Below are positions 1 to 9,024 of a stretch of 64,000 bases of DNA, piece after piece. Each line of letters starts with the position of its first letter. Positions within the stretch are counted from its first letter, which is position 1. The notes under the pieces were generated by a model. That model saw nothing but the letters and a program-made list of their open reading frames with translations. It had not been told where the DNA came from and did not search any database. Made by a program: the position numbers and the translations under genes. The stretch comes from Bacteroidota bacterium (GTDB lineage: Bacteria > Bacteroidota > Bacteroidia > B-17B0 > Aurantibacillaceae), in assembly GCA_038327195.1 (NCBI GenBank), contig JBBQKU010000012.1, positions 38,401-102,400 of the forward strand, in the 5' to 3' direction.

Positions 1-1811
1 ACTGCAGTTAGCGTAGGATTATTACAAACTAAAACAATTGACAAACTATCTATTCCTAAATCATCTACTCCATTATCTGAGGTGCCTTTAAATCTTACCA
101 TACAAGAAGGTGTAGCTGTTGAATTCACAAAATAAATAGTTTTTTTAATCCAGGTTGGTTGTGCGTTATAACTTGCTTTAATACTAAATGATGCGCCTGC
201 GTCATTTGATACAAGTACATCTAAATTATCAGTTCCTGTTGGATTCATATAATAAAATGATATGGCATATTTACCATTTTGGTTCATATTAACCAATACA
301 TCCATATCTCCTTTAGTATTAATGCCAGCAGCACTTGAATGAAAATTGGCGCATCCAGTTCCGCTTTGTGGTGTTAAGTTACCAAGTGTTGCAGATGTCC
401 AACTCGCTGAAATTCCATCGTTCTGTCTTCTCCAAGCATTATCACCTGTTAAAGGGCTACTTTTCCAGTTAATGTTGTTTGGAACATTTCTAGTAGCACA
501 ACCATTTTGCCATACATTATCAAATGTTTCGTAAAAAGGTATTGAAGCATATGAAAGAGGGCTTGCTGATGAAATTAAAATAGATGATGAGGGATTTGTT
601 GAAGCTGAACACCCAATTAAACATCTATAATAAGTTGTAGATGTTACTAGCTGAGACATCGTAGAAGCATTATAACCAACAAGATTTGTCCATGTTACAT
701 TATTTGGTGAAGATTGCCATTGGTAGGCAATTCCTGGCCATGCTGATGTTCCTGACAAACTAAAGTTTATTAATGTTCCAGCACACGAGGTCGTTGAACT
801 TGCAATTGTTGTTCCGCCAAACGGAATACCACCAACTGTAATTAATTTTGAAACAGAACTTGCACTGAAAGAACCACAGGCAACCAAACATTTATAATAA
901 GTTGAGGCACTCACATTTTGTGTCATGGTTGAGTTGGTATAAGTTGGTAAAGAAGTCCACGTAACATTATTAGGCGATGATTGCCATTGATATGTTAATC
1001 CTAATGCCGCCGTACTTCCTGTTAAACTAAAATTTACTGGTTGTGTGCCACAAATTGTACTTGATGAAGCTGTAGTAGTTCCACCAGTTGGAGCACCAGC
1101 ACAAGCAACACTTAAGCAGCTGTAACTTGTTGTTCTGCAAATAACGTCAGTTCCGCATAAAGGGCTTGTAGATACGTGTAATCGGTAGTTTCCAGCAGTC
1201 GAAATAGTTACTGGCAATGGAGTTGTACCTGAGTATAATATGTTATTAAAGGCATCGGTAAAAGTTAAAAAGTCAGTAAGGTTTGAAGAGTAAAACGTAA
1301 ACATGCCTGTTGTTCCTAATGTTAATTCACTATATTCTCCAGCATAATTACAAGTGGTAATGGTTCCACTTCCGCAAGATGTAATTGTTGCAGAACCGTA
1401 AGCTGTTGGACTAATGCAACCAGTAGTTGAACTTACAGCTCCACAGCCATAGGTAGTTACTCTACATACATTTTGAGTTCCACATGCTGAATTAGTTGAA
1501 ACATGTAAACGGTAAGCTCCAATTGATGGAATAGAAGTTACTAATGGTGCATAACCAGAAGCAATTACTACACTTGCTGTTGTTGTTAATGTTAAATAAT
1601 CAGTTGGAACAGATGAATTAAACGTATAAGTACCAATTGTGTTAAATGTTAAAGAGCTATATTCTGAAGCGTAATTACAGGTTGTAATTGTTCCACTCGA
1701 ACAGGTATTTATAACTGCACTTCCATAGGCAATTGTATTGATACATTGGCTATATACTATAGAAAAATTGAAGCAAAAAATAATAAAGAGCGTATATATA
1801 ATTTTTTTCAT
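1..1811 (-). CDS. Large secreted Cys-rich multi-repeat surface protein (adhesin-like); N-terminal ~603 codons only, 3' end lies beyond the window edge
   Basis: Absent from the ORF track because it runs off the window. Manual translation from ATG (complement of 1809-1811) gives MKKIIYTLFIIFCFNFSIVYSQC... and stays open to position 1. Signal peptide; two ~105-aa Cys-rich repeats (CNYA[SG]EYS...YRLHVST...C); two ~88-aa repeats with YQWQSSPNNVTW; then a MAM/choice-of-anchor-J-like segment (YETFDNVWQNGC...GIDSLSIV). Confidence 0.75.
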   Translation of the reverse strand, partial: MKKIIYTLFIIFCFNFSIVYSQCINTIAYGSAVINTCSSGTITTCNYASEYSSLTFNTIGTYTFNSSVPTDYLTLTTTASVVIASGYAPLVTSIPSIGAYRLHVSTNSACGTQNVCRVTTYGCGAVSSTTGCISPTAYGSATITSCGSGTITTCNYAGEYSELTLGTTGMFTFYSSNLTDFLTFTDAFNNILYSGTTPLPVTISTAGNYRLHVSTSPLCGTDVICRTTSYSCLSVACAGAPTGGTTTASSSTICGTQPVNFSLTGSTAALGLTYQWQSSPNNVTWTSLPTYTNSTMTQNVSASTYYKCLVACGSFSASSVSKLITVGGIPFGGTTIASSTTSCAGTLINFSLSGTSAWPGIAYQWQSSPNNVTWTNLVGYNASTMSQLVTSTTYYRCLIGCSASTNPSSSILISSASPLSYASIPFYETFDNVWQNGCATRNVPNNINWKSSPLTGDNAWRRQNDGISASWTSATLGNLTPQSGTGCANFHSSAAGINTKGDMDVLVNMNQNGKYAISFYYMNPTGTDNLDVLVSNDAGASFSIKASYNAQPTWIKKTIYFVNSTATPSCMVRFKGTSDNGVDDLGIDSLSIVLVCNNPTLTA

Positions 1812-1817
1812 TTGAAT

Positions 1818-3008
1818 TTAGTTTAGTTTAACGATTTTTTTCGTTGAAATAATTTGATTATTACTTATAAGATTAATGAAATAAACGCCTTCAGTTAAAT
1901 TTCCTAAGTTTAGCTGAACTTCAGTTGTTTGATTAGTTTTTTCGGAATAAACTATTTTACCATTAAGATCATTAACCGTTATTGAACAATGATTTGATAA
2001 TTGATTAAATGTAATTGACAAATTGTCTTTAAATGGGTTTGGATAAATAGTTGAAATAGAATTAACTTCTTCTTTTATACCAACACCAATATTTGGTGTG
2101 TATTTCCAAACATCATATTTATATGAATTATCGTATCCGCAACAAATGTGTGCTTCATTATTTAAAACAAATACACTTACACCCTCTCTAGCAGTTCCTC
2201 CAAAATCAGCTACTTGAAGCCAAGTATCAGTATAGCTATTATATTGCCAAACATCTTTTTTATAATTTAAACTGTTATCATAACCTAATGCCACGTAGCC
2301 AGAATTTCCTATTGTAAAACTTGTTGCATCATAACGAGGAGTGCCACCAAAAGCTGTTTTTGAACTCCACGTATTTGTTGTTGGATTAAATGCCCAGGTG
2401 TCATTTTTATAGGCTCCATCAAAACCACAAGTTATGTAACAATTACTGTTTGCTGCAAATACAGACGCTTCTCTTCTTGGCGTTGCTGTACAATTTGCTT
2501 TTGCGGTCCAAGTATTTAATGTAGGATTATATTCCCACCAGTCATTTAAATAACCAGTTGAAGATTGACCTAATCCAACATACCCTTTGCCGTTTAAAGA
2601 AACACCACAAGCCGCTTTGCGTGGCAAACCTCCAATGTCAGCTTTTTGTGTCCAAGCTAATGTGTTAGTATCTAGTTCCCAAAAATCAGAAGTGTAAGAA
2701 ACAATGCCTTGGCCAGAACCAAAATAGCCTTTGCCTCCAATTGCAAAAGAGATTGCTTGAATTCTAGGCATTCCAACAAAGTCAGTGATTTTTTCCCATA
2801 CATCGAAACTTTTATTATAACGATATAATCCATTTTTATAGGAAGATCCATCATAACCATTTGTAATATAAGCTTTGTTATTAATTACAAAGCCAGAAGA
2901 ACCAGTTCGTGGTGAACCTGTAAAATCATTTAATTTTATCCATGTATTAGGAGTAGTAGCAAATACAAGTTGACAAAAAAATAAAAATAAATATATCGTA
3001 TAACGCAT
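1818..3008 (-). CDS. Kelch-type six-blade beta-propeller protein with T9SS (Por) C-terminal sorting domain
   Basis: Signal peptide. Six ~48-aa blades with G.GY.G.G ... W.YNP..N.W..KA periodicity. C-terminus IYPNPFKDNLSITF...GVYFINL...KKIVKLN matches the Por_Secre_tail pattern. Confidence 0.8.
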   Translation of the reverse strand: MRYTIYLFLFFCQLVFATTPNTWIKLNDFTGSPRTGSSGFVINNKAYITNGYDGSSYKNGLYRYNKSFDVWEKITDFVGMPRIQAISFAIGGKGYFGSGQGIVSYTSDFWELDTNTLAWTQKADIGGLPRKAACGVSLNGKGYVGLGQSSTGYLNDWWEYNPTLNTWTAKANCTATPRREASVFAANSNCYITCGFDGAYKNDTWAFNPTTNTWSSKTAFGGTPRYDATSFTIGNSGYVALGYDNSLNYKKDVWQYNSYTDTWLQVADFGGTAREGVSVFVLNNEAHICCGYDNSYKYDVWKYTPNIGVGIKEEVNSISTIYPNPFKDNLSITFNQLSNHCSITVNDLNGKIVYSEKTNQTTEVQLNLGNLTEGVYFINLISNNQIISTKKIVKLN

Positions 3009-3018
3009 GTAATTTAGA

Positions 3019-4248
3019 TTAAAGTAAAATAATTTTTTTAGTAATTAGTAGTTGATGATTGTTATTAATTGAAATAAAATAACTTCCAGAAGTTAATCCT
3101 TCTCTTTTTATTTTAGTTTCTTTTGAAACAAAAGGCTCAGATCGTATAATTTTTCCATCAATAGTTAATATGGAAAGTGTTGCATTTATTAATTCAGTTT
3201 CTGAAGTTATCGTAAATTCTTCGGTTGATATTGGATTCGGATAAATTGAAATCAAATTCGAATTCATAGACAATTCATTTACATTTACATCCGCATCAAG
3301 TCTATAAAAATCTTGTTTAGATCCACCACCAGATTTACCTGTACCCATATAACCTACATTTCCAATTGCAAAAGCAGCAACACTTCTTCTTCCACCTCCA
3401 CTAAACGTACAAGTATAATTCCATGTATTTGCAACTGTGTTGTACCACCATGTATCGGAATTAAAACCACCATCGCTACCCATACCAACACATGCCATAT
3501 TATTTATAGAAAACGACCAAGCTCCAGTTCTTCCTGAACTTGGAAAATCTGCTTTTCTTACCCAAAGATTAGTTGATGGGTCAAATTCCCACCAATCATT
3601 TTGATAAAAACTATCATCTTTCCCTAATCCAAAATATATTTTATTATTTAAAGAAGTTGCTGTACCTGCTTCTCTTCCTCCACTACTACTGGGCACACCT
3701 GGAAATGTTGTTTTAGCAGTCCATGTATTTAATGTTGGGTTGTATTCATAAATATTACTGTACAATGACCATGCGCTGGCACCTCCAATCATATAACCTT
3801 TTCCGTTGCAACTTACTCCGGCAGATCGAAATGTCGCAATTGGTGTATTTGCCTTAGCTGTCCATGTGTTTAATGAAGGGTCATACATCCAAAATTCATT
3901 AAAAATTGTTCCTACACTCGAAACAGCATCATCAATTCCACAACCCATATAGCCTTTTCCATTCAATTCAAATCCAAATGCAGCCCTGCGATAACTAGCT
4001 GGTAAGTTTGCTTTTTGAGTCCAAAAATCAAATGCTGGATTATATTCCCATAAATCGTTGTAACAATTGTCATTTGTGTCAACACCACATGTTATATAGC
4101 CTTTTCCATTTACGCTAAAGCTAGTTGATTCAAAACGTTTTCCGTTTCCGAGAGCTTGAACTTTTGTCCATTTCCAATACGAAAATCCATTAAAAGAAAT
4201 TGACAAGAATAAAAGCGTACAACTAATTTTTATTATTTTTTTTGTCAT
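3019..4248 (-). CDS. Kelch-type beta-propeller protein with T9SS C-terminal sorting domain (paralog)
   Basis: Signal peptide; repeated NGKGY.G.G / W.YNP.LNTWTAKA blades. C-terminal IYPNPISTEEFTI...GSYFISI...KKIILL. Confidence 0.8.
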   Translation of the reverse strand: MTKKIIKISCTLLFLSISFNGFSYWKWTKVQALGNGKRFESTSFSVNGKGYITCGVDTNDNCYNDLWEYNPAFDFWTQKANLPASYRRAAFGFELNGKGYMGCGIDDAVSSVGTIFNEFWMYDPSLNTWTAKANTPIATFRSAGVSCNGKGYMIGGASAWSLYSNIYEYNPTLNTWTAKTTFPGVPSSSGGREAGTATSLNNKIYFGLGKDDSFYQNDWWEFDPSTNLWVRKADFPSSGRTGAWSFSINNMACVGMGSDGGFNSDTWWYNTVANTWNYTCTFSGGGRRSVAAFAIGNVGYMGTGKSGGGSKQDFYRLDADVNVNELSMNSNLISIYPNPISTEEFTITSETELINATLSILTIDGKIIRSEPFVSKETKIKREGLTSGSYFISINNNHQLLITKKIILL

Positions 4249-4250
4249 AA

Positions 4251-5432
4251 TTAATTTATAATTATTTTTTTTGTGGATATTATTTTTGCTTCGTTACTAA
4301 GAGATATAAAATAAACTCCTTTTGCAAAATTTGAAACATCAAACGTGTTTTTTGTCTCATTAATTTTTTGAGATAAAACTTCTTTTCCATCTACATTAAA
4401 AATTTGAATTTTTGGAGATTGGTTTTTAACTTCTTCAGTTAAATTTATAGATATAAAATCACTGGTTGGATTTGGGAAAATTGAAATATCATTTCCTTTA
4501 TTATAGTCATTAATTCCAACAGAAATTTTCCATTCATATGCCCAAATATCTCCCAAATTGGTGCCATTAGAACCAGTTCCAAAAAAGGCATTATCGCCAA
4601 TAACAAATGATGGAACATAATTTCTTCTTCCACCTGGAAATGCTTTAGGTATAGTATCCCAAGCATTTAAAATCGGGTCATAAAAATAAAAATCTTTTAA
4701 ACAACCTCCAGAGGTCCAAGACCAACCTAAGCCAATATATCCTTGATTTCTAACAGCAAATGAAACTGCCGCATATCTTACATCTCCAATAAATGGGGCT
4801 TTTGTAGTAGTTAATCCTGTTGAAGGATCAAATTCATAAAATGCAGTTCCAAAAGCAGGTAAAATATAAGCTTTGTTTGCGATAACAAATGAAGAACTAT
4901 AATCTGATGGCCCTATTGGTGTTGAAACAGAAGTCCAAGTATTTAAAATTGGGCTGTATGAATATAAACCAAGCCCATTACCCAAACCCATATATCCTAT
5001 GCCATTTATTGCGAAGGCAGTATTTCCTCCGGCTGGAAAAGGAAAATTTGCCTTTGGAGTCCATACGTTTGTGATAGGATCATATTCAAAAAATTCTTGC
5101 CTATCACCAAAACTTTGTTCATTGCCTGAACCCATGTATCCCTTATTTCCTATTGAAAAGCCAACAACAGCAAAACGATCCAATGGATAATCTGCTTTTT
5201 GACTCCAACTGTCTGTTGATGGATCATACTCCCACCAGTCATGATAGGCTAAAGAAATTGTGCCGGAATTAATATGACCCATTCCCATGTACCCTCTATT
5301 ACCAATACTAATACCTGATACCCGATGTCTGGGAAATGAAGGATAATTTGCTTTTGCATTCCATACAAATTTGTCAGCAGACAAATTAAGTGAAAGACAA
5401 AATAATGTAGATAAAAAAAACAGTTTGTTCAT
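4251..5432 (-). CDS. Kelch-type beta-propeller protein with T9SS C-terminal sorting domain (paralog, close copy of 5454..6626)
   Basis: Signal peptide; Kelch-like blades (IGN[KR]GYMG.G, WWEYDP). Shares long identical runs with the next gene (YHDWWEYDP, FPGGRR, WAYEWKISVGIN). C-terminal IFPNPTSDFISINL...GVYFISL...KKIIIN. Confidence 0.8.
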   Translation of the reverse strand: MNKLFFLSTLFCLSLNLSADKFVWNAKANYPSFPRHRVSGISIGNRGYMGMGHINSGTISLAYHDWWEYDPSTDSWSQKADYPLDRFAVVGFSIGNKGYMGSGNEQSFGDRQEFFEYDPITNVWTPKANFPFPAGGNTAFAINGIGYMGLGNGLGLYSYSPILNTWTSVSTPIGPSDYSSSFVIANKAYILPAFGTAFYEFDPSTGLTTTKAPFIGDVRYAAVSFAVRNQGYIGLGWSWTSGGCLKDFYFYDPILNAWDTIPKAFPGGRRNYVPSFVIGDNAFFGTGSNGTNLGDIWAYEWKISVGINDYNKGNDISIFPNPTSDFISINLTEEVKNQSPKIQIFNVDGKEVLSQKINETKNTFDVSNFAKGVYFISLSNEAKIISTKKIIIN

Positions 5433-5445
5433 TTTTGGATATTTT

Positions 5446-5473
5446 ATTAATTATTAATTATTAATTATTAATT
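5446..5473. repeat. Perfect heptanucleotide tandem repeat (ATTAATT)x4 spanning the stop codon of 5454..6626
   Basis: Read directly: attaatt attaatt attaatt attaatt at 5446-5473, lying between two tandem paralogs. Confidence 0.9.
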
Positions 5474-6626
5474 TTTTATTAAGCAAAACATGTTGGTTAT
5501 TATCCAATATAGAAGCAAAATATACTCCTGAGGAAATGGAAGAAATATCACAACTTAAGTTTGTAGAATTAATTTCTTTTTCCAAAATTAATTTCCCGTC
5601 AATTGTAAATAAATTAAATATTAAATTATTAGTTAAATTTTCAATTTTAAAATTCACCAGTTCACTTGCCGGATTCGGATAAATAGAAATGTCAGCTCGA
5701 TTAATTGCTTCATTAATTCCAACTGAAATTTTCCATTCATAAGCCCACATATCGCCAAGATTTGTTCCATTAGTACCTGTTCCAATAAATGCATTATCTC
5801 CTATTACAAAAGATGGAGCATAAAATCTTCGGCCACCAGGAAATGCTTTTGGAATTGTATCCCAACTATCTGTAGAAGGTTCGTAAAAGTAGAAGTCCTT
5901 ATATGTTGTTAGATAATCTCCAAATCCAATATAGCCTTGTCCTTTAAGTGCAAAAGAAGAGGAGCCATATCTTATTGGTCCAATAAACGGAGCCTTTGTA
6001 GTTGTTAAACCAGTTAATGGGTCAAACATATATAAAGAAGTAGAATAGGCAGGAACAATATATGCTTTATTAGAAATTACAAATATAGACCCATAATCAC
6101 TCGATGTAATTGGTGTTGAAACGGCTGTCCAAGTATCTAAAGTTGGATCATATCGATATAACCCAGTTCCGCTGCTAATTCCCATATATCCCATTCCATT
6201 TATTGCAAATCCTATATTTCCAGCACTTGTCATTGGGAAATCTGCTTTTTGAGTCCAAATATTTGTGATTGGATCATATTCATAAAAATCTTTTTGGTCA
6301 GGTGCTGCTTGTTTTTGACCAGTACCCATATACCCTTTATTTCCAATTACAAAAGTTGCTGATCCATATCTATCTACAGGATAGTCCGCTTTTTGTGTCC
6401 ATGAATTTGTAGCTGGATCATATTCCCACCAATCATGATAATCATCTGAAATTAGCCCAGAGTTGATATGGCCAATTCCCATATATCCTTTATTGCCTAT
6501 TGAAAATGCCGCACAGCGATGCCTTGGAAAATTAGGATAATTAGCTTTTTGATTCCAAACATATTTATCGCAGAAACCCGCTAAAGATATTAGTATGAAT
6601 AATAATAAAATCGTTATTTTTTTCAT
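5454..6626 (-). CDS. Kelch-type beta-propeller protein with T9SS C-terminal sorting domain (paralog)
   Basis: Same architecture as 4251..5432. C-terminal IYPNPASELVNFKI...GVYFASI...KKLIINN. Confidence 0.8.
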   Translation of the reverse strand: MKKITILLLFILISLAGFCDKYVWNQKANYPNFPRHRCAAFSIGNKGYMGIGHINSGLISDDYHDWWEYDPATNSWTQKADYPVDRYGSATFVIGNKGYMGTGQKQAAPDQKDFYEYDPITNIWTQKADFPMTSAGNIGFAINGMGYMGISSGTGLYRYDPTLDTWTAVSTPITSSDYGSIFVISNKAYIVPAYSTSLYMFDPLTGLTTTKAPFIGPIRYGSSSFALKGQGYIGFGDYLTTYKDFYFYEPSTDSWDTIPKAFPGGRRFYAPSFVIGDNAFIGTGTNGTNLGDMWAYEWKISVGINEAINRADISIYPNPASELVNFKIENLTNNLIFNLFTIDGKLILEKEINSTNLSCDISSISSGVYFASILDNNQHVLLNKKLIINN

Positions 6627-6636
6627 TGTTATGTTT

Positions 6637-7020
6637 TTAATATAAAATTTGTAAACTATCTAATTCTGTTTTTGATATTGATGGAGGCATAATATTATTT
6701 TTTAATTTCATAGCAACTAAATTTGCAACAAGTTCTGCTTTTTCTTTAGTGTCAAATGTTTTATTTCCAGGTATTGATGGAATAGAAGGTTGATGAACAA
6801 AAATTTTATTATCTACTAAAACATTATAACCAAAACCTGATTTAGGATTTAAGCTATCAACTAAAAATACTTGGGTACTATAATTTGAAGCGTTAGGAAT
6901 TGATTGTAAAGTGTTCGTATTTATTGATGCCGAATTAATATTTTCTGTTTCTTCCGTATGTTCTTTACAAGAAACAACTAAAATTAAAACTAGAAAAAAG
7001 AAAAATAAAAGTTTAGTCAT
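6637..7020 (-). CDS. Small lipoprotein, DUF4907-like
   Basis: Lipobox-like LVVSC after an N-terminal hydrophobic segment. Core GFGYNVLVDNKIFVHQPSIPSIPGNKTFDTKEKAELVA resembles the DUF4907 family, which I recall as a neighbour of Kelch-repeat genes in Bacteroidota. Assigned from memory, not searched. Confidence 0.55.
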   Translation of the reverse strand: MTKLLFFFFLVLILVVSCKEHTEETENINSASINTNTLQSIPNASNYSTQVFLVDSLNPKSGFGYNVLVDNKIFVHQPSIPSIPGNKTFDTKEKAELVANLVAMKLKNNIMPPSISKTELDSLQILY

Positions 7021-7078
7021 GTGTCCCGTAAAAACTTAATGTTAAGTAATGGTAAAGTTTAAGTAAATATAAATAAGA

Positions 7079-7118
7079 AACCAGATAATTCTTACTGAAA
7101 TGAGTGAATTATCTGGTT
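7079..7118 (-). terminator. Rho-independent terminator closing the 11096->7145 operon
   Basis: Perfect 11-bp stem ccagataattc / gaattatctgg (7081-7091 / 7106-7116), extendable by flanking A/T pairs. A T-rich tract follows when read on the minus strand. Confidence 0.7.
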
Positions 7119-7144
7119 TATTGAGTGAACGAAAATACCCGTAT

Positions 7145-7786
7145 TTAATCTTCGAAATAATAGATTTTAATAGTTGCAATATCCTTTAAAAAATCAATTT
7201 TCCCAATCGAAATTCGATTGATTTTTAAACCTGTTCTCAGCTCTAAATCAGCCATTAATTCAGTTCTTTTTTCAGGTTTAATTAGTTCAATGTTTTCATA
7301 AATAACATTTTTAGCAGTCTCTCTTTTCATTAAAGCATTACTTTCTAATAAATAAGTCATTAATAATATGAAGGCATTAATGGCGACTATAAATAAAAAT
7401 TCGTAATAATAGGCGACATCTTCAATTTTTATGACTGCTGTTAAAAGCCCAATAGCAATAACTAAAAACAAATAAGTCATATCCTTGATACTGATTTCTT
7501 CAGTTTTGTAACGAAGCATTCCAAATACCGCAAACAAACCGAAAGCTGCTCCCATACTTAGTTTTACTTTGTTCAAAAAGAAACACATTAAAAATATGAC
7601 CAAATTAAAAATAAAGTAGGTGAAAAAATATTCGCTACGTTTATTTATTTTATAATAAATAAACCTAACAAGTATAAATATTGATGCAATATTTATTAGT
7701 AACCGTACTCCAATTTTTGTAACAAAATCTTGTATTGCCATTGTAACATCTGGCGTTACAACTTCATCAATTTGTAATAGTGTCAT
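7145..7786 (-). CDS. DUF4956-like polytopic membrane protein
   Basis: Four to five hydrophobic helices and a C-terminal soluble tail. Overlaps the upstream VTC-domain gene by 20 nt. VTC plus DUF4956 is a recurrent bacterial gene pair. Confidence 0.6.
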   Translation of the reverse strand: MTLLQIDEVVTPDVTMAIQDFVTKIGVRLLINIASIFILVRFIYYKINKRSEYFFTYFIFNLVIFLMCFFLNKVKLSMGAAFGLFAVFGMLRYKTEEISIKDMTYLFLVIAIGLLTAVIKIEDVAYYYEFLFIVAINAFILLMTYLLESNALMKRETAKNVIYENIELIKPEKRTELMADLELRTGLKINRISIGKIDFLKDIATIKIYYFED

Positions 7787-8534
7787 AGTCTAGTATTTTT
7801 TTTATGGATAATAATTTTGCTTTAAATCGGTTTGTTTTGATTCCAGGTTCTGTATAAGCCATTGCCATACAATATTTACTTATTGAGCCTTCACGAATAT
7901 GAAGTTGTTTCATAATATTAATAAACGGAGAACCTTTTGCCTTTTCTTGTTTCACTTCTGCAATTATTAATTGATGAAGTTTTTGCTCAATGTCTCCTTT
8001 TTTAAATTCTAAATTCAAATCTAGTGTTAATCGTTCTTTTGATTCAATACTAACTAAAGTTATTCGCGAGTAATTAACCCAAAGTGCCGGAATCAAAGTG
8101 CTAGGAATATAAGGTGTTTTTTTTAGAAGGAATTGAGTAGATTCACTATTCCAATTTTTTTGTACTTCTAATTCTTTAATACGACTTTTAAATGTTTTCC
8201 CTTTATTGGTTTTGTATTTAACTTCTAAAAAAGCGATGTTAGAATCTACATAAGTACGATGGCGAATCTTGTAGCGATTGAGTTTTCCAGAGTGATGAAT
8301 GTTGTATAATTCTAAGTCAGACGTATCATAATAAAGCGTTTGATAATCACTAATACGTTTATCATTAATTTCAAAAACTTTATAATATGCTTTTGCTAAT
8401 TCTAAAACCTGGGGTAATTGATTTATATGAAATGTATATTTAGTATCTGTTCGATCCATCAATTTTACGCTATCCATTTCTGCTAAAGAAATAGGATTGT
8501 ATGTATTTAATATTTGACGAATTTTGTTAAGCAT
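7767..8534 (-). CDS. VTC-domain (polyphosphate polymerase-like) protein
   Basis: N-terminal LMDRTDTKY..., RYKIRHRTY, FLEVKYK and IAEVK strands typical of the triphosphate-tunnel VTC/CYTH-like fold. No signal peptide. Confidence 0.6.
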   Translation of the reverse strand: MLNKIRQILNTYNPISLAEMDSVKLMDRTDTKYTFHINQLPQVLELAKAYYKVFEINDKRISDYQTLYYDTSDLELYNIHHSGKLNRYKIRHRTYVDSNIAFLEVKYKTNKGKTFKSRIKELEVQKNWNSESTQFLLKKTPYIPSTLIPALWVNYSRITLVSIESKERLTLDLNLEFKKGDIEQKLHQLIIAEVKQEKAKGSPFINIMKQLHIREGSISKYCMAMAYTEPGIKTNRFKAKLLSIKKILDYDTITN

Positions 8535-8537
8535 TTA

Positions 8538-9011
8538 TTATTTTATGTATACATGTTTTTTTACAGCAATTACTTTTCCTTCTGCATCTAAAGTTTTTCG
8601 TTCAGTTTTTAAACCTTTTCCATCATATGTATAGGTGTGTTTTTTTATTATTTTTCCAACTGTATCATAATAAACTTCTTCTATTTTTTCTCCAAGCATA
8701 TTATATTTAGTAACTTTTTTCTCTATTAATTTATTTGCACCATCATATTCAATATCTTCAATATCATTTCCCTCTGAATCGTATTTTAATTTATGAACAG
8801 ATTTAATGCCACCTTCTTTATTGTAATCTGTTTTTTCAATTTCGTTTCCTTTTGAATCAAAAATAGTTTTACCTTCATTAATAGTTTTCCCTTTTTCTGT
8901 GATAGTAGTATAGGAGGATTTTATTTTATTTGCCTTTACTTCCTTTTTGCTTTGTGAAAAACAGAACGTATGAAGTAGGATAACAGAAAGTAATAAAAGT
9001 AGTCGGCTCAT
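8538..9011 (-). CDS. Small secreted protein made of short YD/beta-hairpin-like repeats
   Basis: Signal peptide (LLLLSVILLHTFCFSQ). Iterated ~20-aa units (FDSKGNEIEKTDY, KYDSEGNDIEDIEY, YNMLGEKIEEVYY, YDGKGLKTERKT, DAEGKVIAVKKHVY). Confidence 0.55.
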   Translation of the reverse strand: MSRLLLLLSVILLHTFCFSQSKKEVKANKIKSSYTTITEKGKTINEGKTIFDSKGNEIEKTDYNKEGGIKSVHKLKYDSEGNDIEDIEYDGANKLIEKKVTKYNMLGEKIEEVYYDTVGKIIKKHTYTYDGKGLKTERKTLDAEGKVIAVKKHVYIK

Positions 9012-9024
9012 TTTTTTAATATTA

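Noticed and set aside
346-534. 62-aa plus-strand ORF, and many similar 60-140-aa ORFs in the track: 2672, 3313, 4445, 4889, 4999, 10765, 13052, 14420, 15218, 16658, 16982, 17465, 24767, 27496, 28729, 29236, 32340, 32792, 32979, 40167, 40936, 41857, 41862, 42903, 43618, 43891, 44275, 45975, 46326, 47175, 47581, 48942, 51810, 60197, 60803, 61923, 63433, 63785
   Set aside because: Each lies entirely inside, and antisense to or out of frame with, a much longer ORF that has clear family motifs. Their translations are low-complexity with no recognisable features. I treat them as shadow ORFs.
5446-5473. Short tandem repeat considered as a CRISPR-like or phase-variation element
   Set aside because: Unit length of 7 nt, no spacers, only 28 nt in total, so it is not a CRISPR array. 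A phase-variation effect on coding is unlikely because every frame of the repeat carries TAA. Retained only as a low-interest microsatellite.
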